Shown here one piece after another: positions 23,978-33,443 of a stretch of 64,000 nucleotides of DNA. Below the pieces are notes generated by a model. That model saw only the letters and a program-made list of their open reading frames with translations, was not told the DNA's origin and ran no database searches. The position numbers and the translations under genes were made by a program. This DNA comes from an uncultured delta proteobacterium (lineage in GTDB: Bacteria; Myxococcota_A; Polyangia; Fen-1088): contig CAWCMR010000005.1 of assembly GCA_963796685.1 (NCBI GenBank), positions 288,001 through 352,000 on the forward strand. Direction: 5' to 3'. The first letter of the stretch is position 1. Every line of letters starts with the position of its first letter.

Positions 23978-26794
23978 ATGTTCGACAAGAAGCGAGGATT
24001 GGCACATCTAGGGTTGGGGTTACTTATTTGCGGGGCTTGCGCGTGTGACGGGAGCCAGCAGCCAGCGAAGTCCATCGACTTGAACGTTGACGGATTCGAT
24101 GGACTTACCCCGACCCACTTTGACCTCTTGCAAACGGGTTGTACCATCACCAGTCCCTCACCGGCCGTGGGAACCACTCCAGCGGTGCTGGGAAGCGTGG
24201 CGTTTACCTTGCTCGATACTGAAACCCTCTATCTTTTCGAGCGACTGGCCGATGGCCAAGTGGTTGCCAACGCATCGACCGACGCCACCACTCCGACCGA
24301 GTGTGCATTTCCCCCTTCCTACAAGATCAACATCGCATCTGACACAGGGGACACATCGACGCACAAGGTATTCCTCGATTTCAACTATGGGGCGTTTGGC
24401 GTGGCCACCTCGGCATACAGCTCGAAGACCGCCGGATCGGGGCCCAACATTGTCATTGCGCTGACCGGCGCGAGCAATACCTTGCTCGTCCGAGGAACCT
24501 CACACCCAGATATCTTCACCTTTGGTAGCCTGACGGCGGGCTCACCCGCCGTGACCACGACCTATGGATCCTTTGCCTTCGGCACGTTGGTACTGCCCAA
24601 GACCGGCACTGGCGCTGGAACAGAGACCCCGCCGGCGGCGCGCGCCTTCCCGGACCTTAGCGCGACCGGGATCACGGCCATCACTGTCGCGACGGGTGCG
24701 GGCAACGACGTCATCACCGGTCAAGGTGGTGTGCCCATCGGACAGAAAGCCGGCATTGGCTTGTTGGACGGATCGATCAGTCTGACCGTGTACGGCGGCG
24801 CTGGCGATGACATCATCACCAGTGGCGACACCAGCACGAACGGGACGCTCAACCATCTGTTCGGCAACTGCGGCAACGACACCTTCCTGCAGCAGGCGGC
24901 GCTGGCCACTGACCTCATGGTCGGCTCCAATACGCAAGGCTGCCTTTCGACCGATGTCGACACGGCGGACTACAGCATTCGGACCAAGCCCCTGAACATC
25001 ACCGTGGGCGATTCCTCTCCCTATTTGGCGCCCTCGGTCGGCACCATCCTCTGCCCCAAGAAGTCTGTGATTGCTGACAATGACGGTTTCACCATCAACG
25101 ATGGAACCACCACACCCGTGGCCTTCGAGTACAAGAAGTCGGGATCGGCGGCCACCCGTGCGACCGGCACTATCACCATCGGTGCCGGCCTGACAGACAA
25201 CGAGACCTTCTCTCTGTCCGACGGAACATCGACCAATACCATCACTTTTGAGTATTTCGTCACGACCTCAAGCAATACCCCAGGCACAACCGGTACCCCA
25301 CCGGTTGACAACACGGTCATTGACGTCTTTGCCGCCTGTGGCGGTACTCCGACCCTCAACTGCATAGCGATTGCCACTCAGACGGCCATCGGCAGTCCCA
25401 GGTTTGGCATTACATCGTCGGCACCGGGCGCGGCCGTCATCTCACTTACCAACACGGTGTACGGTCCAACATCAAAAGTTCAGCTGGCCACCACCTCTAC
25501 CCACCTCACACTCTCCGCTCCGAGCACCGGCACCGCCGGGTTCGTTGCAACGAGCGGCAAGAAGACCATCGACATTTCAACCATTCCAACGAGTCCGGAC
25601 GCCGCGACGAAGGACCTTATCGCCAGCGCAACCGTGTTAGCCATCATGAACACCGCCAACGGCCTCGCAGCCGGCACCCCCCTCACCTCGACTGTCAGGG
25701 CGAGCACCAACGGACCGCTGGTTAACGTTACCTTCCCACTCTCGGGGAATCTGATTCAGGTCAACGCCGCCAAGCCTTCGAGCGCCCATCTTAACGGCGC
25801 GCTAGGTTCGATCGTGGTCACCGACTTTTCGACTCAACCTACTCCGCTCACTTCCGGGAATGATGGCCAATGGGACCCGATTAACATGGTCTCTCTCGAA
25901 CAGGACGATCTCGACATCGGCATCCAAAACGTGATCGGCGGCTCGGGCAATGACGTGATCGATGCGTCGATTGCGGCTGTTTCGCCCCACATCCTCTATG
26001 GTATGGGCGGCAACGACACCCTCATCGGATCAGACGGCAACGACACGCTGTACGGCGGTTGGGGCGACGACATCCTCAACGGTGGCAAGGGGAATGACCT
26101 TCTCGTCGGCGGTGACGGCAACGACACACTTCAGGGTGGAGCTGGCAACGACGTTATCAAGGGCGACGATGTCAACTGTCCGGTCGCGACCGTCATGGCA
26201 GCTGGAAGCAGCTACGCTACCCTCTGCACGTCGAAGACCGCTGTAGCATCCGCGACAAAAGGCGTGAACACCCTCGACTACGCCGACCACATGTCCGATG
26301 TCACGGTTGACATGACAACCATGGCGACGGTGGTCCTCGGCAGCGACGGCTCGTGCTCGTCGGGCCCGACCGTAGGCAAGTCTGGCGAATGCGATCTCGC
26401 CACGTCTATTCAGAATCTGCGCGGCGGTTCCGGCGACGACACGCTGACCGGCGACGCGAACGCGAACGTCATCCATGGCGGTCCAGGTAATGACACCATT
26501 TCGGGCTTCCCTGGCGTTGCTGGCGTCGCGGGCCCCGGCGGTAGCGATGCGCTCTACGGCGAGGATGGCAACGACGTCATCGACAATCACCTCAACAACA
26601 GCCCAATGGGCTCTGTGCTAAGCGGTGGCGCAGGGGTCAATCAGCTCACGAGCGGTCCGGGCGCAAACTACATCGACGACAGTAGTGGTGCCACGGGCAG
26701 CGTCGTGACCTGCGGGTCGAGCGATGACGTGGTCATGACGAGCGGCAATGAAACGTACGGATTGGGAAGCCTCTGTGTACTGAAGGTACAGTAG
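23978..26794 (+). CDS. Large Thr/Gly-rich surface lipoprotein with RTX (hemolysin-type) Ca-binding repeats
   Basis: GGAGG RBS; signal peptide with Cys; GGxGxDxLxG nonapeptides in several clusters; duplicated DN..F...DGT....FEY module. Confidence 0.8.
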   Translation: MFDKKRGLAHLGLGLLICGACACDGSQQPAKSIDLNVDGFDGLTPTHFDLLQTGCTITSPSPAVGTTPAVLGSVAFTLLDTETLYLFERLADGQVVANASTDATTPTECAFPPSYKINIASDTGDTSTHKVFLDFNYGAFGVATSAYSSKTAGSGPNIVIALTGASNTLLVRGTSHPDIFTFGSLTAGSPAVTTTYGSFAFGTLVLPKTGTGAGTETPPAARAFPDLSATGITAITVATGAGNDVITGQGGVPIGQKAGIGLLDGSISLTVYGGAGDDIITSGDTSTNGTLNHLFGNCGNDTFLQQAALATDLMVGSNTQGCLSTDVDTADYSIRTKPLNITVGDSSPYLAPSVGTILCPKKSVIADNDGFTINDGTTTPVAFEYKKSGSAATRATGTITIGAGLTDNETFSLSDGTSTNTITFEYFVTTSSNTPGTTGTPPVDNTVIDVFAACGGTPTLNCIAIATQTAIGSPRFGITSSAPGAAVISLTNTVYGPTSKVQLATTSTHLTLSAPSTGTAGFVATSGKKTIDISTIPTSPDAATKDLIASATVLAIMNTANGLAAGTPLTSTVRASTNGPLVNVTFPLSGNLIQVNAAKPSSAHLNGALGSIVVTDFSTQPTPLTSGNDGQWDPINMVSLEQDDLDIGIQNVIGGSGNDVIDASIAAVSPHILYGMGGNDTLIGSDGNDTLYGGWGDDILNGGKGNDLLVGGDGNDTLQGGAGNDVIKGDDVNCPVATVMAAGSSYATLCTSKTAVASATKGVNTLDYADHMSDVTVDMTTMATVVLGSDGSCSSGPTVGKSGECDLATSIQNLRGGSGDDTLTGDANANVIHGGPGNDTISGFPGVAGVAGPGGSDALYGEDGNDVIDNHLNNSPMGSVLSGGAGVNQLTSGPGANYIDDSSGATGSVVTCGSSDDVVMTSGNETYGLGSLCVLKVQ

Positions 26795-26810
26795 AAAATA
26801 CGTTTCCACC

Positions 26811-26842
26811 AACGCCGGCCGCAGTGCGGCCGGCGTTTCTTC
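26811..26842 (+). terminator. Rho-independent terminator
   Basis: AACGCCGGCCGCA-G-TGCGGCCGGCGTT followed by TCTTC, just after the stop at 26794. Confidence 0.7.
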
Positions 26843-26921
26843 GTGTCGACGCCAGGCGTCGCGAGTCGTGCGGACCCCGTCGTCTCAAGAAACCCCAGAA
26901 CCGGTCGATAAGGCTTGGACC

Positions 26922-28079
26922 ATGTGTACGACCAGGTACTTGCAGGTTGCGATAGCTCTGGTTTCTTTCGGATTTGGTTGTTCAGCGAAGACTTCCACAT
27001 CCGCGGCAGACGGTTCTGCCAACTCTGGTGAAGCGGGCAAGTTGACGGACTCCAGGACGATTGACGCTCAAGGTCTCGACTCAAAGACCCTCGATTTGAG
27101 GACAACGGATACGGGCGTCGCAGATGGGGCTGCGTCCGGCATGGACAACGGTCGCGCCGCCGATGTGCGCGATACCCAAAGTGCAATCGACAGCTCGCGT
27201 GATGTCGCTGGTTCCAAGGACAGCGCACAGGACCACCCAAGCTCCACCGACACGCCTCAGGCCAAGGATGTGAACGGCTCCGCAAGTGACATGGCGCCCG
27301 AGACCGAACCGGTTGGCCTTGGCACATGTGCATCACCCATCAAGATTCCGCAAGGCTTCTACCATTTCGACGTCACCAAGGACACCACCGGCGCCCCCCA
27401 CGTCTTCGATTTCCCCTGTGCCAGCAACGGGGCGAGCTTGGTCTTTCAGATAACGATTCCGTCCCGACAACCCCAGCTTGTGTACGCCGACACCTTCGGA
27501 ACAGCATGGAACACGGCCCTCTTCTTCAGCGACGACTGCGACGCGCCCACGCCGTCGGGTGGCATGGCATCGGCATGCAATGACGACGCCTGTGGCACGA
27601 GTCAATCCCAGGCTGCGGTAGCGGTAGGATATGGCTACCACTACCTTGTCGTTAGCGGCGTCAATGGCGAAAGCGGCCCCGTGACAGTGCATATTGAGGC
27701 CGCGACACTCGGCAGTGGTCCCAGCTCTTACCTTCCCCAAGGATCCGGCTCGGTGCTGGGAACCACCAGCGGGACGGACACCTCGGCGCTGTGCGAAGCC
27801 GCCGGCCCGATCAACAACTACTGGTGGCTAACCTGCCCCGACGATGTTGGGGGCGATCTCCATGCCTCGACCTGCGATGGCCTCACCTGGGACACCGTGC
27901 TGGGCGTGCAGATACCCCGCACAGAGTCCCAATCGTGCAACGACGACGACGACACGTGTGGGATGCGATCGACCCTCGACGCGATGCTGCCTCCGGGAGC
28001 TGGACTTCAGGTCCTCACGGTTGGTGGCAGCAATGCGAAAGACATGGGGAACTACACGCTCACCTACACGCGCCCCTAG
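26922..28079 (+). CDS. Lipoprotein with two Cys-containing PPC-like modules
   Basis: Lipobox GFGC; acidic linker; repeated DT..T.W.T.L......CNDD.C motif. Confidence 0.7.
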   Translation: MCTTRYLQVAIALVSFGFGCSAKTSTSAADGSANSGEAGKLTDSRTIDAQGLDSKTLDLRTTDTGVADGAASGMDNGRAADVRDTQSAIDSSRDVAGSKDSAQDHPSSTDTPQAKDVNGSASDMAPETEPVGLGTCASPIKIPQGFYHFDVTKDTTGAPHVFDFPCASNGASLVFQITIPSRQPQLVYADTFGTAWNTALFFSDDCDAPTPSGGMASACNDDACGTSQSQAAVAVGYGYHYLVVSGVNGESGPVTVHIEAATLGSGPSSYLPQGSGSVLGTTSGTDTSALCEAAGPINNYWWLTCPDDVGGDLHASTCDGLTWDTVLGVQIPRTESQSCNDDDDTCGMRSTLDAMLPPGAGLQVLTVGGSNAKDMGNYTLTYTRP

Positions 28080-28084
28080 CCATC

Positions 28085-28636
28085 ATGAAGAGAATCCGAC
28101 TCCACCCAAGCCTGGCCATCGTCGCGTTCCTGGGAGCGGCGAGTGCCCCACAAGCGTCCCTGCTTCGAGCCATGGCGCTCGACCAGTTGGTGACTTCCGC
28201 CAGCCAAATTGTCGTTGGTGAGGTCGTTTCAAAGAACGCGGCATGGGATCCCTCGCATCGCCGAATCTTTTCCACCATCGAGATCAAGACCGAGGAGTGC
28301 TGGAAGGGCTCTGCCAGGGAGATCGTTACCATTGTTCAACCCGGTGGCACCGTCGGGGAAATTGAAATGACGGTGCACGGAATGCCCTCATTCACGGTTG
28401 GGGAAAGGGTGCTGTTGTTCTTGCGAGGCCAGACCAAGTTCCAGGTGGTGGGCATGTCCGAAGGCAAACGCCCGCTGTCGTGGGATGCCGATGGCAAGCA
28501 ATGGCTGGTGGAGTCTCCGAGTGTGGCGGATGTCGTTGAAGTGGACGGCGATGGCAGACTTCGGCACGCCGCACCGGTCGCAAAGGTCCACTTGGATTCG
28601 ATGCGCGAGCAGGTTCGCAAGATGGTCGGGAACTAA
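28085..28636 (+). CDS. Secreted partner of matrixin protease (propeptide/TIMP-NTR-like)
   Basis: Signal peptide; LDQLV..ASQIVVGEV...QPGGTVG...GMPSFTVGERVLLFL; 3 bp upstream of the protease gene. Confidence 0.7.
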   Translation: MKRIRLHPSLAIVAFLGAASAPQASLLRAMALDQLVTSASQIVVGEVVSKNAAWDPSHRRIFSTIEIKTEECWKGSAREIVTIVQPGGTVGEIEMTVHGMPSFTVGERVLLFLRGQTKFQVVGMSEGKRPLSWDADGKQWLVESPSVADVVEVDGDGRLRHAAPVAKVHLDSMREQVRKMVGN

Positions 28637-28639
28637 GTC

Positions 28640-29557
28640 GTGGGGAAGCGACGTCCTTGTCTTTTTGCGGCGACCACCCTCGCAAGTCTTGCCGTGTCTT
28701 CCAGCACCGCCTTCGCCTACGTCCGAATCGTATCGGATTCCGGAGTTCCTCTTTGGTGGCGAAATCCATGCATCACCATGGAAATCTACCTGGGCGAACC
28801 TCCACCCACCATGACCGCGAACCAATACTTCAACGCAAGCCAGCTGGCCGCGCAAGCCTGGAGCCACAGCTCCATTGCGTGTACGGGTCTGTCGCTTTCC
28901 ATCCAGAGAGAATCGGCGGCAACCGCCGAGGTTGGCCTGGATGGCAAGAACGTCATCGTCTTCCTCAAGGACAGTTGGTGCAAGGACTCGAATACGACCG
29001 ATGGGCCGTGCTATCCGCAAAACGCACTCGCGGTCACCTCGGACTTCAAGAACGACACCACCGGGCAAATTGGCGACGCCGACATCGAGTTCAATGCCGT
29101 GTACGTTACATGGGCTGATTTGGTCACGAATCCGGAGCTAGCGGCGAGCGACACCGCTGATTTCCAGAACACCCTGACCCATGAGCTCGGCCACGTGATT
29201 GGACTTGCTCACCCCTGCTACAGCGCGAACGATGGCACGCCCGTTCTCAAGGACAACAACGGTAACGATGAAGTTACGTGCGGGGGGGCCAATGTTCCCT
29301 TGTCGGTCCTCGACTCGACCATGTATCCCTCGCTCCCCATGAACGACACGCAGCGCCGCACACTCTCGCCGGACGACCAGCAAGCCGCGTGCGACATCTA
29401 TCCCTTCGCCTCCGCAACATGCCCCGCCGATTCGGCGCAAGGCTGTACCATCGGAGGTCAACCGTACAGTCGTCCGAGTCAGGTCTGGTCGCTTGGCCTG
29501 ATCGCTGGCGTCGCTCTATTGCTGGTGACTTTCGCCTATCGCCGTTCACGCTTCTGA
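28640..29557 (+). CDS. Matrixin-like (metzincin) zinc metalloprotease with MYXO-CTERM-like tail
   Basis: DADIEFN, HELGHVIGLAH, Met-turn STMYP; C-terminal GC..., TM helix and RRSR. Confidence 0.87.
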   Translation: MGKRRPCLFAATTLASLAVSSSTAFAYVRIVSDSGVPLWWRNPCITMEIYLGEPPPTMTANQYFNASQLAAQAWSHSSIACTGLSLSIQRESAATAEVGLDGKNVIVFLKDSWCKDSNTTDGPCYPQNALAVTSDFKNDTTGQIGDADIEFNAVYVTWADLVTNPELAASDTADFQNTLTHELGHVIGLAHPCYSANDGTPVLKDNNGNDEVTCGGANVPLSVLDSTMYPSLPMNDTQRRTLSPDDQQAACDIYPFASATCPADSAQGCTIGGQPYSRPSQVWSLGLIAGVALLLVTFAYRRSRF

Positions 29558-29565
29558 GCCGCGCA

Positions 29566-30858
<1,293 letters not shown>

Positions 30859-30889
30859 GGTCTGTCCTCTCTGCGTTGATGGCGAAGGT

Positions 30890-30949
30890 TTCTTAGCACG
30901 TCACGGGACCTCGTCAACAATAAAGGAATGCTGTCTTGTTGACAAGACA
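30890..30949 (-). promoter_or_regulatory. sigma70-like promoter of metY plus palindromic operator
   Basis: Minus strand TTGACG-N16-TAAGAA with extended TG; perfect palindrome TGTCTTGT-TG-ACAAGACA at 30932-30949. Confidence 0.55.
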
Positions 30950-31027
30950 CGGATAACAACGGGGCCTTGAATTTCAGAAGGTTGCGCCCAGGACCGCGGA
31001 CGGACTGTACGCAAGAATGGACATGCG

Positions 31028-31684
31028 CTAGCGGGCGTAGATGATGAGGTCGTGGTAGCGCCCCTCGGACACGCCGGGGTTCTCGTAGGCGTGCACCTCG
31101 TCGGCGCGAAACGAGATGGAATCGCCCGGCGCGAGCTCGTAGACCTCGCTGCCCACCCGCAGATTGAGCGAGCCGCTCAGCACCACGACGATTTCCCTGG
31201 TTCCCGTGGCGTGGGGATCCGAGGAATGCGAGGCGCGCGCCGCCAGCCTCAGCTCGTAGAGCTCGACCCAGGGATTCGACCCGGCGGGCGACAACGGACG
31301 ACTCTCCATTTTTCCGTCGGCCGAGCGAAGCACCTGCGCCTCCGTGCGACGCAGCACGGAAACCCCCTGGCCTTGCCCACCCATGAGCTCGGAAAAAGGG
31401 ATCCCCAGCCCCACCGCGATCTTCCACAGCACGCCTAGCGAAGGGTTGCTCTTGTAGAGCTCGATCTGGGACAGCGCCGCCCGGCTCACGCCGGAGGCAA
31501 CGGCGAGCTCATCCAGGGACAGCCCGCGCGCCTTGCGCTTCTCGCGAAGCTGCACGCCGACCCGCCTGGCCAGATCGGCCGCGCCGACATCGTCGCCGGG
31601 CGGAAGGGGCACTTTTCGCAGCGCATTGGACGATGCGCGTTTGCTGGCCGTGGAGACAGGGGTCTTTTCCCTTTTCATTGCCAT
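31028..31684 (-). CDS. XRE-family HTH regulator with cupin domain (SutR-like)
   Basis: GLSLDELAVASGVSRAALSQIE..SNPSL..LWKIA; C-terminal cupin (H..GTRE, L.PGDSISFRAD..H.YEN). Confidence 0.88.
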   Translation of the reverse strand: MAMKREKTPVSTASKRASSNALRKVPLPPGDDVGAADLARRVGVQLREKRKARGLSLDELAVASGVSRAALSQIELYKSNPSLGVLWKIAVGLGIPFSELMGGQGQGVSVLRRTEAQVLRSADGKMESRPLSPAGSNPWVELYELRLAARASHSSDPHATGTREIVVVLSGSLNLRVGSEVYELAPGDSISFRADEVHAYENPGVSEGRYHDLIIYAR

Positions 31685-31959
31685 CCGCACCATACCACCA
31701 GCCCGTATCGGATGCAGGACCCGCCCCGATCCCGGTGGAATTCGCCAGGAAAAAAGTGACTTGCAGGGCGCGGCGGTGCAAAAGTGTCTCCCCCAGCTCG
31801 GGGCTGCCACCAGCGCGTGGGTTCTCCCACGCGAAATCATCAAAATAGTGTATGTGCCCGCAAGAAACTCGATATTGCCCAGAGTGAAGAAAAGGGGTGT
31901 TGTTAACCCTAGACTTGGCCGACGGTCCCCTTCACCATTGTCGAATTCAGGAGTTCAAA

Positions 31960-33333
31960 ATGCGGTTTGGTGCTGTACCGACAATTACATTCTTTATCGC
32001 GGCTGGCTTTTTGGCGTGCAACGCCCCCATGCGCGATAATCCAGGATCCGGCGGAGCCACGGGCGGCACCACGTCGGCGGGCGGCACCTCCCAGGGCGGT
32101 GCCACCTCGGCGGGCGGCGCAACCTCCCAGGGCGGTATCACCTCGGCCGGCGGGTCGGGCTCCCAGGGTGGCGCCACGTCCGGAGGTGGCACGACCTCCG
32201 CCGGAGGTACGACCGGCGGCGGCGGCACGACGCTGGGCGGTTCAGGCGGCTCGGGAGGGACCGGCTCCTCGGGCGGCACCACCGCCGCTGGCGGAACAAC
32301 GTCCGCCGGCGGCAGCTCCGCGCGCGGCGGCTCGGGCGGCGCCAGCACCTCACCGGGTGGTTCCACCGGCACCTGCACCGACGTCCAACCGCCCAACCAG
32401 ACCAATCCGTGCTCGGACTGGAAGACTTGGGGCAACTGCGGCACGTCGTATTTGGTGGACAACAACTATTGCAACCTCACCTGTGGCCGCTGTGGCAGCG
32501 GCACGGCCGGCGCGGGCGGCAGCGGCACCGGAGGCACCTCGGCGCGTGGCGGCTCGGCGGCGGGTGGTTCGGCAGGCTCGGGGGGATCGGCGGGGTCGGG
32601 CGGCACGACTGCTTCAGGCGGCTCGGGCGGCGGCGGCACGACCGGTCCGGGTACCACCAACCCGCAGATCTCGGGCACGAATGGCTGGGCGAGCCGATAC
32701 TGGGACTGCTGCAAGCCCTCGTGCGGATGGACGGCCAACTCCAATCCCCCGGTTCCAAGCTGCGCCAAGGACGGAACCACGCGCGTCGGCGCGGACGGCA
32801 AGAATGGTTGCGAGGGCGGCGGGAGCGCCTTCGAATGCTACGACTTCTCGCCGTGGTACGATCCGGGCACCAACCTGGCCTACGGCTTTGCCGCCTACAA
32901 CGGCGTTTCCTGCGGCACCTGTTTCATGCTGCAGTTCACGGGCGGCAGCAATTCCGGGACCAATGCCGGCGCTGCGGCGCTCAAGGGCCAGCAAATGGTG
33001 GTACAGGTGATCAACATCGGCGGCATACAAGCCAACCAATTCGACGTGCTCATTCCGGGCGGTGGCGTGGGCGCGATGAACGGCTGCGCGACCCAGTGGG
33101 GCTCGTCGACCGATCTCGGCGTGCAGTACGGTGGCCTCCTTTCGGAGTGCAACGGCGACGCTACTTGCATGAAGGGTAAGTGCACGTCCGTCTTCGGCAA
33201 TGTTTCGTCGGTCCTGAAGGCGGGATGCGACTGGTTCACGGGGTGGTACAGCTCGGCAGACAACCCCAGCTTGGTCTACAAGCAGGTTTCCTGTCCCTCG
33301 CAGCTCACCAGCAAGACCGGTCTGTCGAAGTAG
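31960..33333 (+). CDS. GH45 endoglucanase lipoprotein with Gly/Ser/Thr linkers and a small Cys module
   Basis: AGGAG RBS; lipobox FLAC; SRYWDCCKPSC, AYGFAA, QFDVLIPGGGVG, GCDWF..W...ADNP. Confidence 0.9.
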   Translation: MRFGAVPTITFFIAAGFLACNAPMRDNPGSGGATGGTTSAGGTSQGGATSAGGATSQGGITSAGGSGSQGGATSGGGTTSAGGTTGGGGTTLGGSGGSGGTGSSGGTTAAGGTTSAGGSSARGGSGGASTSPGGSTGTCTDVQPPNQTNPCSDWKTWGNCGTSYLVDNNYCNLTCGRCGSGTAGAGGSGTGGTSARGGSAAGGSAGSGGSAGSGGTTASGGSGGGGTTGPGTTNPQISGTNGWASRYWDCCKPSCGWTANSNPPVPSCAKDGTTRVGADGKNGCEGGGSAFECYDFSPWYDPGTNLAYGFAAYNGVSCGTCFMLQFTGGSNSGTNAGAAALKGQQMVVQVINIGGIQANQFDVLIPGGGVGAMNGCATQWGSSTDLGVQYGGLLSECNGDATCMKGKCTSVFGNVSSVLKAGCDWFTGWYSSADNPSLVYKQVSCPSQLTSKTGLSK

Positions 33334-33443
33334 CGCGGTACCCGCTTGCCGCGGCTTGCAGTGGCGGGACGCACGCTTTGCACGAGGAATCCGCGTACTT
33401 TCCGCACATCAATAGGATACATTATGGTAGTCGGAGGTTCTCC

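Noticed and set aside
32047-32660. Tandem repeats resembling a CRISPR or VNTR array
   Set aside because: They encode Gly/Ser/Thr linkers of the GH45 protein and have no constant repeat with unique spacers.
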